From the IMG/VR virus record IMGVR_UViG_3300027963_003320, positions 1 to 53,394 of that record: 53,394 bases of DNA. The stretch is one strand, 5' to 3'. How positions within the stretch are numbered: position 1 is the first letter of the stretch; each line of letters opens with the position of its first letter. Source of the stretch: a virus. Its lineage: Duplodnaviria > Caudoviricetes. Under the pieces are notes generated by a model. That model did no database searches. It saw only the letters and a list, made by a program, of their open reading frames with translations, and was not told the DNA's origin. Positions 10,658 through 21,081 of the stretch are shown one piece after another. A program made the position numbers and the translations under genes.

Positions 10658-11381
10658 TATAGGAATACTATCTTGGCATAGTGGACAAGTATTAGTAGAT
10701 ACACTAACTACTTATTACGAAAATGGTTTATTCGATATGGTAAATGATGTGACTATCCTATTTCAGGAAGTAACACCACAAGATATGGAAATTGCAAGAC
10801 ACTTTGGTTTAGATTTCATAGGGTTACAAAAGAATATAGGAATAGGACAGGCATTCATTCGTTTAACTGAAAATGCACAAACCGATTATGTTTTAGTATT
10901 AGAACATGATTGGAATTTAATTGAAAATAGTGAAACTACATATGAAAGATTACAAGATGGTACTTACTTATTAAATGAGTGTCCTATAAACGCCGTTAGA
11001 TATAGACATAGAGAGCAACCTGGTAATCCACATTTTTCATTTAGAAATAAAGGTAAAGAACTTACTTATTATGATGATGAGATTGGATGTACATCACCAC
11101 ATCTTTTAGATTCGTTACATTGGTTAGACCCATCCATTGAATTTCCAGATAAGATACAAAAATTAGGACAACATTTTATAACAACATCTCGTTGGGGTAA
11201 TTGGACTAATAACCCAACAATGTATAAGAAAGATTTTTATTTAGAAACTGTTAGACAATTTGCAGGTGAAGGAATTGCATTGGAAGGAAATATTAGTAAA
11301 TGGTGGGCACAACAACAATTTGGAGTTGCACATGGTGAAGGATTATTTAAACATAATGACTGGCAAAAATACGGAAAATAA
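10638..11381 (+). CDS. Putative glycosyltransferase (GT-A-like)
   Basis: ISIGILSW, NIGIG and VLVLEHD. ATG at 10638 is the likelier start than TTG 10599. Confidence 0.6.
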   Translation: MQKLPISIGILSWHSGQVLVDTLTTYYENGLFDMVNDVTILFQEVTPQDMEIARHFGLDFIGLQKNIGIGQAFIRLTENAQTDYVLVLEHDWNLIENSETTYERLQDGTYLLNECPINAVRYRHREQPGNPHFSFRNKGKELTYYDDEIGCTSPHLLDSLHWLDPSIEFPDKIQKLGQHFITTSRWGNWTNNPTMYKKDFYLETVRQFAGEGIALEGNISKWWAQQQFGVAHGEGLFKHNDWQKYGK

Positions 11382-12751
11382 TGACAAAATTAATTATCTT
11401 TGATTTAGATGGTGTATTAGTAGAAGCTAAACAAATACATTTCGATACTCTAAATAAAGCCCTATGGGAAATTGGACAAAGTAACAAATATGTAATTACT
11501 GAAGCAGAACACCTATCCATATATGATGGATTAAAAACCAATCAAAAATTGGAGTTATTAACACAAAACAAAGGATTAGATAGAGATACATACGAAACAG
11601 TTTGGAATAGAAAACAACAACTTACAATTGAGGCTATATCCGAATTACAACCAGATTTAGAGAAGATTGAATTGTTTAAAGAACTTCGTAATAGAGGTTA
11701 TAAGTTAGCATGTGCTTCAAACTCAATTAGAAGGTCTGTGTTGGTTATGTTAGCAAAGATAGGTATAATTGAGTATATGGATTTAATCATCTCTAATGAG
11801 GATGTAAAGAACTCTAAACCACATCCTGAAATGTATTGGAAGGCAATGAGTATGATGAGTGTTTTGCCTGAAGAAACTCTTATTGTAGAGGATTCTCCAC
11901 ATGGACTTTTGGCAGCAAGTAGAAGTAGAGCAAACGTTTTAAGAGTAGATAATCCAAAAGATTTGGTAATATCAAAAATTATTCGTAAATTAGAGGAAAC
12001 TAAAAAAGTTATGAGCATACCAAAATGGCAAGGTGGTAAGATGAATGTACTTATCCCAATGGCTGGGGCAGGAAGTAGATTCCAAGCAGCAGGTTACACA
12101 TTCCCAAAACCACTAATTGATGTGGAAGGAAAACCAATGATTCAGGTCGTTGTTGATAATTTAAACATAGAAGCTACATACATTTATGTAGTTCAGAAAG
12201 AACATAGAGAGAAGTACAACTTAGATACCCTATTAAACTTAATCACTCCGAATTGTAAAATAGTAGAAGTAGATGGTATTACAGAAGGTGCAGCGTGTAC
12301 GACCCTATTAGCCAAAGAATTCATTGATAACGATGAACCATTGGTTATGGCAAACTCCGACCAATTCGTAGAATGGGATTCCAATGAGTTTATGTATAAG
12401 ATGATTGAACAAAAAGTTGATGGTGGCATTTTAACATTCAAAGCGACACACCCTAAATGGTCATTCGCTAAAGTGGATGAGTATGGATATGTAACGGAAG
12501 TAGCAGAGAAGAATCCTATTTCAGATATAGCAACTGTTGGTGTTTACTATTGGGCCAAAGGTTCTGATTATGTAAAGTACGCAGAACAAATGATTAGTAA
12601 GAACATTAGAACCAATAATGAATTTTATACTTGTCCAACTTTCAATGAAGCAATTGCTGATGGTAAAAAGATTAAAACATTTAACATTGATAAGATGTGG
12701 GGATTGGGTACACCTGAAGATTTAAATTACTATTTAGAAAATAAGAAATGA
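11381..12751 (+). CDS. HAD phosphatase fused to sugar-phosphate nucleotidyltransferase
   Basis: N-terminal FDLDGVL...KPHP...VEDS; C-terminal IPMAGAGSRF...PKPLI...EK...LGTPEDL. Confidence 0.9.
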   Translation: MTKLIIFDLDGVLVEAKQIHFDTLNKALWEIGQSNKYVITEAEHLSIYDGLKTNQKLELLTQNKGLDRDTYETVWNRKQQLTIEAISELQPDLEKIELFKELRNRGYKLACASNSIRRSVLVMLAKIGIIEYMDLIISNEDVKNSKPHPEMYWKAMSMMSVLPEETLIVEDSPHGLLAASRSRANVLRVDNPKDLVISKIIRKLEETKKVMSIPKWQGGKMNVLIPMAGAGSRFQAAGYTFPKPLIDVEGKPMIQVVVDNLNIEATYIYVVQKEHREKYNLDTLLNLITPNCKIVEVDGITEGAACTTLLAKEFIDNDEPLVMANSDQFVEWDSNEFMYKMIEQKVDGGILTFKATHPKWSFAKVDEYGYVTEVAEKNPISDIATVGVYYWAKGSDYVKYAEQMISKNIRTNNEFYTCPTFNEAIADGKKIKTFNIDKMWGLGTPEDLNYYLENKK

Positions 12752-13182
12752 TACTAATATCACATAGAGGAAACACAAACGGAAAGTTTGAATCATATGA
12801 AAACGAACCAGCATACATCGACAAAGCAATATCAGATGGATTTGATGTAGAGATTGATGTGTGGATGGTAGAAGGTCAATTATTTTTAGGACATGATAAA
12901 CCACAATATGGTGTTTCACAACATTGGTTTAGTGAAAGATTGCAACATTTGTGGATACATTGTAAAAATATAGAAGCAGTGGAATGGTTTAATATGCTTA
13001 ATAGTTATCACTATTTTTGGCATGAAGGAGATACTCTAACACTTACGTCAATGAATGTAGTTTGGGCATATCCTGGCAAACAACCAATCAAAGGTAGTAT
13101 TGCGGTTATGCCGGAAATCAATAATGATAATTTAGATGATTGCATAGGAATTTGTTCAGATTATATAAACGATTATAAATGA
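12748..13182 (+). CDS. Glycerophosphodiester phosphodiesterase-like protein
   Basis: ISHRGN, EN, VEIDV, LGHD and GICSD. Confidence 0.75.
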   Translation: MILISHRGNTNGKFESYENEPAYIDKAISDGFDVEIDVWMVEGQLFLGHDKPQYGVSQHWFSERLQHLWIHCKNIEAVEWFNMLNSYHYFWHEGDTLTLTSMNVVWAYPGKQPIKGSIAVMPEINNDNLDDCIGICSDYINDYK

Positions 13183-13847
13183 AAATAGGAATTAATTTAG
13201 TAGGAGTTTCATATAACGATGGAAAGATTGGTAGATATAGAAATTATGAAGATGCCATTGATGGTTTTATGACTAATGTTGTAAATCCATTAAAAGAAGA
13301 AGGACATGAAATATCTTTTTATTTATTTACATATGACTCTCCAAAAAAAGAAGATATTATAAAAATATACAATCCCAAAAAATCAACATTTTTAGACCCG
13401 AATTATAATAAATTAGGCGGTGGTGATAAATTGGAAAATGGAATGAAAACCATATCAGTAACTTATATTAATAGTTTGTATGAATTGGAAAATGAAGATT
13501 TGGATTTAGTAATATCAACAAGATTTGATATATCATTTAATAAAAATCCATTTAAAGAATATGAATATGATTTGAATAAATGTAATTATTTATGGAGAGA
13601 ACCTGAATTTACTCATGTCCCCATTGTAAGTGATACCTTTATAGTATTCCCACATTCAATGACATCAAATTTAATAGATGCAATTATAGAAATGGAAACC
13701 AATCCACCACATGGAGTTGGAGTTGCAATGCATAATATTTATATACCAATGTGTAATCAGGTAGGTAAAGATAATGTAAAAATAGTTTGTGATGAATTCA
13801 AAAAAAGTCACATAAATGACATATACACATTAACAAGACATGAATAA
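13179..13847 (+). CDS. Hypothetical glycosyltransferase-like protein
   Basis: DLVISTRFD motif similar to YVIKLRTD of the 46528 ORF; lies in the glycan island. Confidence 0.5.
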   Translation: MKIGINLVGVSYNDGKIGRYRNYEDAIDGFMTNVVNPLKEEGHEISFYLFTYDSPKKEDIIKIYNPKKSTFLDPNYNKLGGGDKLENGMKTISVTYINSLYELENEDLDLVISTRFDISFNKNPFKEYEYDLNKCNYLWREPEFTHVPIVSDTFIVFPHSMTSNLIDAIIEMETNPPHGVGVAMHNIYIPMCNQVGKDNVKIVCDEFKKSHINDIYTLTRHE

Positions 13848-14631
13848 GTTATTAAACGCATATCTTTGGGGTTATAAAAATTGGGAAGCAGCTGATAACT
13901 CTTTCCGAAAATTTAGAGAGTTCTATCCTGACGGAGATATTAATATTAGTGTCGATGATAATGGTGATTTTGAAAATTATACAAAAGTAGCTGAAAAATA
14001 TAATGCAGAATGTTATAAAAATCCATTTCAAATAGGATATCCTGGTAGTTTTCAAAATCATAAAAGTGATAGAGATTGTTGGCCAAAAGATAACGCATTA
14101 CTTTGGTGTGATAACATATATTGGGCTTGTAAAAAATCCGATTCTAAATTTATGGTTATATTAGAAGAAGATAGTTTTATTATAAAACCAATCAGCATTA
14201 TTAAAAATAACGAATTTGGAATAGCAGTTTTAGAATATAATGCAAATATAATAACTGAAAATATATTGTATATAATTCAACAAATAGGTGGTAATACCGA
14301 TGTTCCATTAAATATATTTGGTAACAAAGGATATGGTGCTAGTGGTGGATTTATCATAGATTGTCAAAAATGGATTATTAGCTGGGAAAAATTCAGACAC
14401 ATATTAGAATTAAATTATGATATGATTGCATCGTATGATAAATTAATTGGTTGGCCAGATTCATTAGGACAATTTGTTATTATGGCCGGTGGATTTAATG
14501 TTGTTCAGAATAAACAAATGGTACAAGCTTGGTATCACGAACGACCAGATTTATATCCTAACTATACCAATTGGAAAAACTACGAAATAGTTGATTATTT
14601 AAAAGATATAGAAGAAATTAGAAAGTTATAA
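13840..14631 (+). CDS. Hypothetical glycosyltransferase-like protein
   Basis: VILEED and GASGG; glycan island context. Confidence 0.5.
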   Translation: MNKLLNAYLWGYKNWEAADNSFRKFREFYPDGDINISVDDNGDFENYTKVAEKYNAECYKNPFQIGYPGSFQNHKSDRDCWPKDNALLWCDNIYWACKKSDSKFMVILEEDSFIIKPISIIKNNEFGIAVLEYNANIITENILYIIQQIGGNTDVPLNIFGNKGYGASGGFIIDCQKWIISWEKFRHILELNYDMIASYDKLIGWPDSLGQFVIMAGGFNVVQNKQMVQAWYHERPDLYPNYTNWKNYEIVDYLKDIEEIRKL

Positions 14632-15386
14632 TGAAAGATTTAGTTATATCAGCAATAGCAAACTATTTGCCAGAAAAGATTAAAATATACATTGAATCAC
14701 TAAACGATTGTGGTTACGATGGTGATAAGGTGATGATATGCTATAACATACCAAAAGAAACAATTGATTATTTAACAGATAAAGCTTGGGAATGTTATGG
14801 TGCTGAATTACAAGGTCATCCTCATATGAGAAGATTAATTGATATGTGGTGGTTCTTACAGAATGATGTGAGAGAATGGAATCATATAATTACAACAGAT
14901 GTAAGAGATATTGTATGGCAAACAAATCCATCCGATTGGTTAAGATTGACTAATAAGGATAAAATAATTTGTGCATCTGAATGTGTTACATATGAGAACG
15001 AACCTTGGGGTCACAAAAATATCCACGAAGGATATGGGCCGATGTTTTGGGATTGGATTAAATCAAACACAATTGCTAATGTAGGAGTAATTGCTGGAAA
15101 ACATAAATTAGTAAAAGATTTATTAATGTTGAATTGGTTAGTATCTCAATCAGGAGATGTTAGACATTTTACAGACCAAAGTTCTTTTAATTTTGTAATA
15201 CACAACGAACTTATAAAAGATAAAGTTGATATTAATTCAGATTTTGCATTACAAGTTGGAACTACAAAGATTGATTTTAAAATAGAAAATGATTTAGTTA
15301 TGAACGGTGATGTTCCATTTGTATTAGTACATCAATACGATAGAAATTCAGAATTAAATACTTTAATAACAAACAAATACAAATAA
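14631..15386 (+). CDS. Putative GT-A glycosyltransferase
   Basis: TDVRD (DxxD), NVGVIAG, DQ..FN and VHQYDR. Confidence 0.7.
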   Translation: MKDLVISAIANYLPEKIKIYIESLNDCGYDGDKVMICYNIPKETIDYLTDKAWECYGAELQGHPHMRRLIDMWWFLQNDVREWNHIITTDVRDIVWQTNPSDWLRLTNKDKIICASECVTYENEPWGHKNIHEGYGPMFWDWIKSNTIANVGVIAGKHKLVKDLLMLNWLVSQSGDVRHFTDQSSFNFVIHNELIKDKVDINSDFALQVGTTKIDFKIENDLVMNGDVPFVLVHQYDRNSELNTLITNKYK

Positions 15387-15871
15387 TGATTGTAGGTAGA
15401 GGTGATATAGCTTCCGTATTAAACGACAGACAGGGGGCAATTTTCTTTGCAGCTGGTGTTTCAAAAAGTACTGAAACTAAAGAAACGGAATTTCAACGTG
15501 AAATGGAATTATTGGATAAACAAGATAAAACTAAATGTCTATTTTATTTCAGTACAATTGCATTAGATGATATTAATAAAAATAACGAATATCATACTCA
15601 TAAACGCAGAATGGAATTACTTATAAAATCCAATTTTCAAAACTATAATATTATTAGAATTGGCAATATCACATGGGGAAGTAATCCAAATACATTTATC
15701 AATTATATTAAAAACAAAATTAAAAACGGAGAGCCTGTTGAGATAAAAGATGAATATAAATATATGATTGATAAAGAGCAATTGGTTTTATTAACAAATA
15801 ATCTACCATTGATAGGGCAAAATCAAATAAGTGTGTTTGGTCGAATGGCAAAAGTAAAAGAATTGATATGA
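15386..15871 (+). CDS. Short NAD(P)-binding epimerase-like protein
   Basis: IVGRGDIA, FAAGVS, YFST, Y..HK..ME and IIR. Confidence 0.7.
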   Translation: MIVGRGDIASVLNDRQGAIFFAAGVSKSTETKETEFQREMELLDKQDKTKCLFYFSTIALDDINKNNEYHTHKRRMELLIKSNFQNYNIIRIGNITWGSNPNTFINYIKNKIKNGEPVEIKDEYKYMIDKEQLVLLTNNLPLIGQNQISVFGRMAKVKELI

Positions 15872-16764
15872 TAGAAATTGTAATTTGGATAGCACCAACT
15901 GACATTGATGATTTAGAAAAATCTTTAAATAGATTAGATATTGGAAAAGATTATCTAACAAAAGAACAATGTAATAATATTAAATTTAATATTGTTATGT
16001 GCGTTTCGGATGAGATAATTGATTGGAGTAAAAGTAATGTTACTAAAGAAGAATGTACTGAAAAATTCTTAGGATTAAAACCCTTAACGGATTGGGCATC
16101 TCCTAGTATTTTTGAAACTACAACTACTATTAATGGTTGTACATCAATGAGAAGATTATCGGGTTATTCCGATTCAAAATATTATATATGGTTAGATACC
16201 GATATTATATTTGACCCACTAACATTAGCACATTCAATCAACTCAATAGACATAATTGAAAGTGTTGGGATTACTAAATTTGTATCTATTCCCGAAATAG
16301 TAAGACAATGGGATTCTACATGGGATTGTTTGGTTAATGAAAGATTTATAACCAAACCAATAGGATATCAGGCAACCAATAACCCACACATTGATGCTAC
16401 TATTTACGGAGAACCCATATTAGAAGAAGTTCGTAATAATGTTCCTCATCAACCATATATGAAATTTGGAGGTGGTTGGTTCGCATTAATATCAAAAGAA
16501 TTAATGAAGGCAATTCCATTTCCAGAAAACTATGGACACTATGGATTAGATGATACCTACTTAATGTGGGGTGCAAATATATTACAAGACCCTACTATAA
16601 AACAATTCAAATTAAAAAATATTATTGTTTGTGAAAATTATTTTGACAGAATGACTACTTATAAGGGTAAAATACAATTTATAGACAAACGAGAAGAATA
16701 TAAAAAGTATAATGAACAAATGTTTCACATAGGATTAGAAAATTTAATAAAAAACAAACAATAA
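15868..16764 (+). CDS. Putative GT-A glycosyltransferase
   Basis: WLDTD (DXD), GGGWF and YGLDD. Confidence 0.6.
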   Translation: MIEIVIWIAPTDIDDLEKSLNRLDIGKDYLTKEQCNNIKFNIVMCVSDEIIDWSKSNVTKEECTEKFLGLKPLTDWASPSIFETTTTINGCTSMRRLSGYSDSKYYIWLDTDIIFDPLTLAHSINSIDIIESVGITKFVSIPEIVRQWDSTWDCLVNERFITKPIGYQATNNPHIDATIYGEPILEEVRNNVPHQPYMKFGGGWFALISKELMKAIPFPENYGHYGLDDTYLMWGANILQDPTIKQFKLKNIIVCENYFDRMTTYKGKIQFIDKREEYKKYNEQMFHIGLENLIKNKQ

Positions 16765-17540
16765 TGACACTAGAAGAATCAAAGAAGTCACTAAAATTAA
16801 ACGGATATTGTGATTTTGAATTAAAAGATTTAAATGAAGAATTTTATAATTTATTTGAAAGTTTAAAATATATTGATGGAGATACACAATATTTAAACGA
16901 ATTTAATTCAGTAAGATTTGATTATAAACCAGATAATGAATTTGATATGAATAAAAATTATCACTTTAATTCATTTGCAGAATCTGATAATAAAAAAAAT
17001 GAAATTATTAAAGAATATGATGAAAAACATATTCCTCAATTGTGGTTATATGCAGTAAGATTACCAACAAATTCTGAAGATTTTAGCAGAACCAAACATA
17101 TAAAAGATAAAAATGCATTTGACAATGTATTTTATAGAATATCAGAATATTTTTATGGTGAAAATGAAAAGAATGTAAATATGGGATTACAATGGACTTG
17201 CTATTCCGAAGGATGTTTTTTAAAAGACCATAATGATGGGCAAGGTGACGAATATCAAAATACTTGTGCAATCTTAATTTATTTAAATGATGAATGGGAA
17301 CAAGACTGGGGTGGTAATTTAATATTAAGAAATACAAAAAATCCAAATGATAAAGATAGATTTACTCAATATAAAGTAGTTCCTAAATTTGGAAAAGTTG
17401 CAATTATAGATTTAAAAATATTTGATGTGTCACACGCAGTAGAAAAAATTATTGGTGACCATAAAAGATGTACATTATTAGCATTTGCAACATCTAAAAC
17501 TAAAAGAGATAAAATAAAAATTGAGAAAAAAGTTATCTAA
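16764..17540 (+). CDS. 2OG-Fe(II) oxygenase (prolyl-hydroxylase-like)
   Basis: HND (HxD), LIYLN..W....GG.L, distal SHAV and R. Confidence 0.88.
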   Translation: MTLEESKKSLKLNGYCDFELKDLNEEFYNLFESLKYIDGDTQYLNEFNSVRFDYKPDNEFDMNKNYHFNSFAESDNKKNEIIKEYDEKHIPQLWLYAVRLPTNSEDFSRTKHIKDKNAFDNVFYRISEYFYGENEKNVNMGLQWTCYSEGCFLKDHNDGQGDEYQNTCAILIYLNDEWEQDWGGNLILRNTKNPNDKDRFTQYKVVPKFGKVAIIDLKIFDVSHAVEKIIGDHKRCTLLAFATSKTKRDKIKIEKKVI

Positions 17541-18181
17541 TGAAAACTTTGTATATATTTGGTGATTCTTTTTCTACGAATTTTTCAACAATAAATGAAA
17601 TCCAATTGGAAGATTCTTGGCCAATATTATTATCAAATAAATTGGGTTATGAATTAAAATCATTCGCATCAGCAGGAATATCAAATTATGGAATATTAAA
17701 TACAATTTATAATAATTCAAATTTTGATAAAGATGATATTGTTATAATTGGCATCACATTCTATGATAGATTATATGATTTTTGGAAAAACATAGGAATA
17801 GATTTAAGAAATAATAATACGGAAGGATTTACACAAAACGAAATAAACTTCTATCAGGAAAAAATAATAAACACAAATGGAATGATGCAATATACACAAA
17901 ATGCATTATTACAATATAATTTTATAATTGATTCTATTAAAAATATAACAACAAATGTTTATTTTTGGAATATGGATAAATGTGGTCTGCCTTTGTTTAA
18001 TAAAATGGTTAAAAATAATCAAAAAAGTTATATAAAACCATTTAATGAAACCTGTTGGATTGATTATTGTAATTCAAATCCAAAGTGGTGGCAAACAAAT
18101 GATGATAGACATTTTGGAAAAACTGGCCATTTAGAATTTTTTCAATATTTATATGAGTATATACAAAAAGATTTAATATGA
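17540..18181 (+). CDS. SGNH/GDSL-like protein (paralog 1)
   Basis: IFGDSFS, AG.SN and C-terminal DRHF...GH. Confidence 0.75.
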   Translation: MKTLYIFGDSFSTNFSTINEIQLEDSWPILLSNKLGYELKSFASAGISNYGILNTIYNNSNFDKDDIVIIGITFYDRLYDFWKNIGIDLRNNNTEGFTQNEINFYQEKIINTNGMMQYTQNALLQYNFIIDSIKNITTNVYFWNMDKCGLPLFNKMVKNNQKSYIKPFNETCWIDYCNSNPKWWQTNDDRHFGKTGHLEFFQYLYEYIQKDLI

Positions 18182-18552
18182 AATTTGAAATAACACATCC
18201 AAAGATTTGGAAAGCAGTAAATGAAAAAAAGCTTCCAATGAAACATAAGATTCAAATCTATGAAAAATTGGGTGGAGCATATCGTTTAGGTGAGGATGGT
18301 GGAGAACAGGTCTATAATAAAATGACCGAACTACTTAAAAGTAGAATAAATGAAGGTCCTGAAACACAAGACCACGAAGTATCTATGGCAGGTAGCCAAT
18401 TAGACGATATTATTAGAAACGCAACGGAATTGAAAGGTAAAGTAGGTCAAGAAGAAATAAATCTACCAGGTTGGATTCAAGACCACATTTCACAGGCAAT
18501 GCAATTTATTAACCAAGCCAACACAGGCTATCATAAATTAGGAGAAAAGTAA
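18178..18552 (+). CDS. Hypothetical protein, possibly virion-associated
   Basis: 124 aa; ATATTTATA upstream. Function is inference only. Confidence 0.55.
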   Translation: MKFEITHPKIWKAVNEKKLPMKHKIQIYEKLGGAYRLGEDGGEQVYNKMTELLKSRINEGPETQDHEVSMAGSQLDDIIRNATELKGKVGQEEINLPGWIQDHISQAMQFINQANTGYHKLGEK

Positions 18553-18866
18553 TGGAAAATATGTATTCAGTAATAATTACGGCAATAACCGTATTAGGTG
18601 GAACATCGGCATGGAGATACTACGAAAAAAGAGCATTTCGTAAAGAAAAAGATGATGAGTTTATCAGACACGATTGTAAAGACCGTATCTCTAAATTAGA
18701 AGCATTATTAGAATCTGCATCAAAAGAAAAAGATGAACTTCGTAGTATGGTATTAAATCTTACAAAAGAAGTAGCAGCATTGAGTGTTAAAGTTGAGTTC
18801 CTTAATAAAGAAAACGATAAGTTAGAAAAGGCACTACCAAAGACAAAGAAACAATTAAATGGTTAA
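18552..18866 (+). CDS. Membrane-anchored coiled-coil protein
   Basis: N-terminal hydrophobic segment followed by heptad-like E/K/L region. Confidence 0.6.
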   Translation: MENMYSVIITAITVLGGTSAWRYYEKRAFRKEKDDEFIRHDCKDRISKLEALLESASKEKDELRSMVLNLTKEVAALSVKVEFLNKENDKLEKALPKTKKQLNG

Positions 18867-19722
18867 TTTACTTAAAGAATTCTTTTTCGGCCAACGATTT
18901 GCAAAGTTAGATGGTCGTAATATTGAGTTGGGTAAAGTTTACGGAAACCCAATGGTAAACGCATTCACACCATTGCAAGAAGAAGAAACCAAAAAATTAA
19001 GAATATTTGATTTTGACGATACATTAGTTAAAACAAAATCTCACATATACATTACAAATAAAGACGGAAAAAAATCAAAATTAACTCCTGGTGAATACGC
19101 AGTGTATGAACCAAAAGACGGAGACAATTATGATTTTTCAGATTTTGAACAAGTTAAACAACCACAAGAAATTAAAGGCGTTACTAAATTATTAAAAACA
19201 GTTGTAACTGCAGAAGGTGAAAGAAAGGTAGTAATATTAACTGCTAGAAGTGCATACAAACCTGTTAAGGATTATTTACAAGATATTGGATTGGAAGGTA
19301 TATATGTAGTCGCATTGGCATCTAATAACCCACAAGACAAAGCAGATTGGATTGAAGATAAAATCAAAGCAGGCTATAACGATGTCTTTTTTATAGATGA
19401 TTCACATAAAAATATTAGTGCAGTAAACAAACTTAAAGACAAATACCCTAATATTAAAATGAAGGTTAGTCATGTCAAACACGATATACCTGCACCACCA
19501 AAACAATCCGATATGAAATCACAAAAAGATAAGGAGACAACAAAAAAAGTTGAACCTAAAAAAAATGACATGAGTTTGAAATCTCTGTTACCAAAAAAAG
19601 ATTTGGACAAGACTATTAAAAATCCAGAGACAGGTAACAAAATCAAAATCAAAACAGCATTAGGATACGATAAAACCAAACCAGTATATAAAGCGGCACA
19701 ATTCGCATTAAAAAATAAATAG
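18859..19722 (+). CDS. HAD-superfamily phosphatase (PNK 3'-phosphatase-like) with C-terminal extension
   Basis: FDFDDTL, ILTAR, K and FIDDS motifs. Confidence 0.8.
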   Translation: MVNLLKEFFFGQRFAKLDGRNIELGKVYGNPMVNAFTPLQEEETKKLRIFDFDDTLVKTKSHIYITNKDGKKSKLTPGEYAVYEPKDGDNYDFSDFEQVKQPQEIKGVTKLLKTVVTAEGERKVVILTARSAYKPVKDYLQDIGLEGIYVVALASNNPQDKADWIEDKIKAGYNDVFFIDDSHKNISAVNKLKDKYPNIKMKVSHVKHDIPAPPKQSDMKSQKDKETTKKVEPKKNDMSLKSLLPKKDLDKTIKNPETGNKIKIKTALGYDKTKPVYKAAQFALKNK

Positions 19723-19724
19723 TT

Positions 19725-20171
19725 ATGATATACCTTTTCACAGGTCAACCCGGAAGTGGTAAAACTACTCTGGCTAAGAAGTTACAAATGTGGTTACAAA
19801 CTGATAAAAAAAATTGGAGAAAATCCGTATTTCATATTGACGGAGACCAACTAAGAGAATTATTTCCAAATACAGATTATTCCAAAGAAGGAAGATATAA
19901 GAATATCAACAAAGCTTTTGATATAGCAAAGTTTTTAGACGCATCAGGTAACGATGTCGTAATATCATTAGTTAGTCCTTATAAAGAATTAAGAGAGGAA
20001 TTTAAGTCTCAATGCAAAGTACAAGAGATATATTGTCATACTAAGCAAATGAGAGGTAGAGAAGATAAGTTTGCATTAGACTACGAACCACCTACCGAAT
20101 TTTATGTAGATTTGGACACATCAGAAAATCCAGATGATACATTTAAAAAATTACTTAAAATGATGTTATAA
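19725..20171 (+). CDS. Adenylyl-sulfate kinase-like P-loop kinase
   Basis: FTGQPGSGKTT, IDGDQLR, DYS.EGR..N, VSPY...R and YEPP; CysC-like but shorter. Confidence 0.78.
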   Translation: MIYLFTGQPGSGKTTLAKKLQMWLQTDKKNWRKSVFHIDGDQLRELFPNTDYSKEGRYKNINKAFDIAKFLDASGNDVVISLVSPYKELREEFKSQCKVQEIYCHTKQMRGREDKFALDYEPPTEFYVDLDTSENPDDTFKKLLKMML

Positions 20172-20172
20172 T

Positions 20173-21048
20173 ATGTTTAATAAAATATATTCAAATGGTT
20201 GTAGTTTTATGTGGGGCCACCACCATAATAATCCGTGGTATTTTAAATATTTTGAAGAAACCAAAGATATTGATATAAGTGCATTTTTGGAGGAATGTAA
20301 AAATCATAATCAAGGACAAGAAAATACACAATATACAAATCCAAATGTATTTAAACCATTTAATGAATTTGATTGGGTAAGAGAAAAGTATAATTACGCA
20401 AATAGAGTAGCGGAAGATTTTGGTGTTGAATTAATAAATGAATCTATTTTTGGTGGGTCTACTCATAGAATGTTTAGAAAAACAATTCAATATATAATTG
20501 AAACCAATGATGAAGATTTACAAAAAACTTTATTTTTAATAGAAATACCGCCTATCGGTAGAGGAGAAATTTATTTTTGCAATCAGGAAAGATATTGTAG
20601 TTTCGTAGGTGATGATAATTTTGATTTTATAAAGGAAGAAAATTTTGAATTAATTCAAAATTGGTATGATAAATCTTTTGATTTTGGAATAGAAGCTGCA
20701 TCGGACTTTCAAAAATTATATTTATTAATAAATTTATTAAAATCAAAAGGTATAAAGTTTTTATTTATACAATGTGGAGATGAAAGAATTAGAGAAGTCA
20801 AAAAATTAAATAAAAAATATGGAACTATTAAAAGTTTTGAAAAAATACAAAATGATATAACATATAATTCTGTACAATTTAAAAATGAACATAAAATTAC
20901 ATATGATTTAATGAGTTGGGTTTTGAGGGAAATGAAATGTAAATTTAGTGATGATACGAATGGTGTAAGTTTTGATGGTCATAATTCTATAAGAGGTTCA
21001 AAATTAATAGCAGACCAAATAGTAAAGCACATAAAAAATAATTTTTGA
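20173..21048 (+). CDS. SGNH-like protein (paralog 2)
   Basis: NGCSFMWG, GGS and DGHNS..G. Confidence 0.65.
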   Translation: MFNKIYSNGCSFMWGHHHNNPWYFKYFEETKDIDISAFLEECKNHNQGQENTQYTNPNVFKPFNEFDWVREKYNYANRVAEDFGVELINESIFGGSTHRMFRKTIQYIIETNDEDLQKTLFLIEIPPIGRGEIYFCNQERYCSFVGDDNFDFIKEENFELIQNWYDKSFDFGIEAASDFQKLYLLINLLKSKGIKFLFIQCGDERIREVKKLNKKYGTIKSFEKIQNDITYNSVQFKNEHKITYDLMSWVLREMKCKFSDDTNGVSFDGHNSIRGSKLIADQIVKHIKNNF

Positions 21049-21081
21049 TATACTTATTCGTATAATTAAATAGTTATTAGT

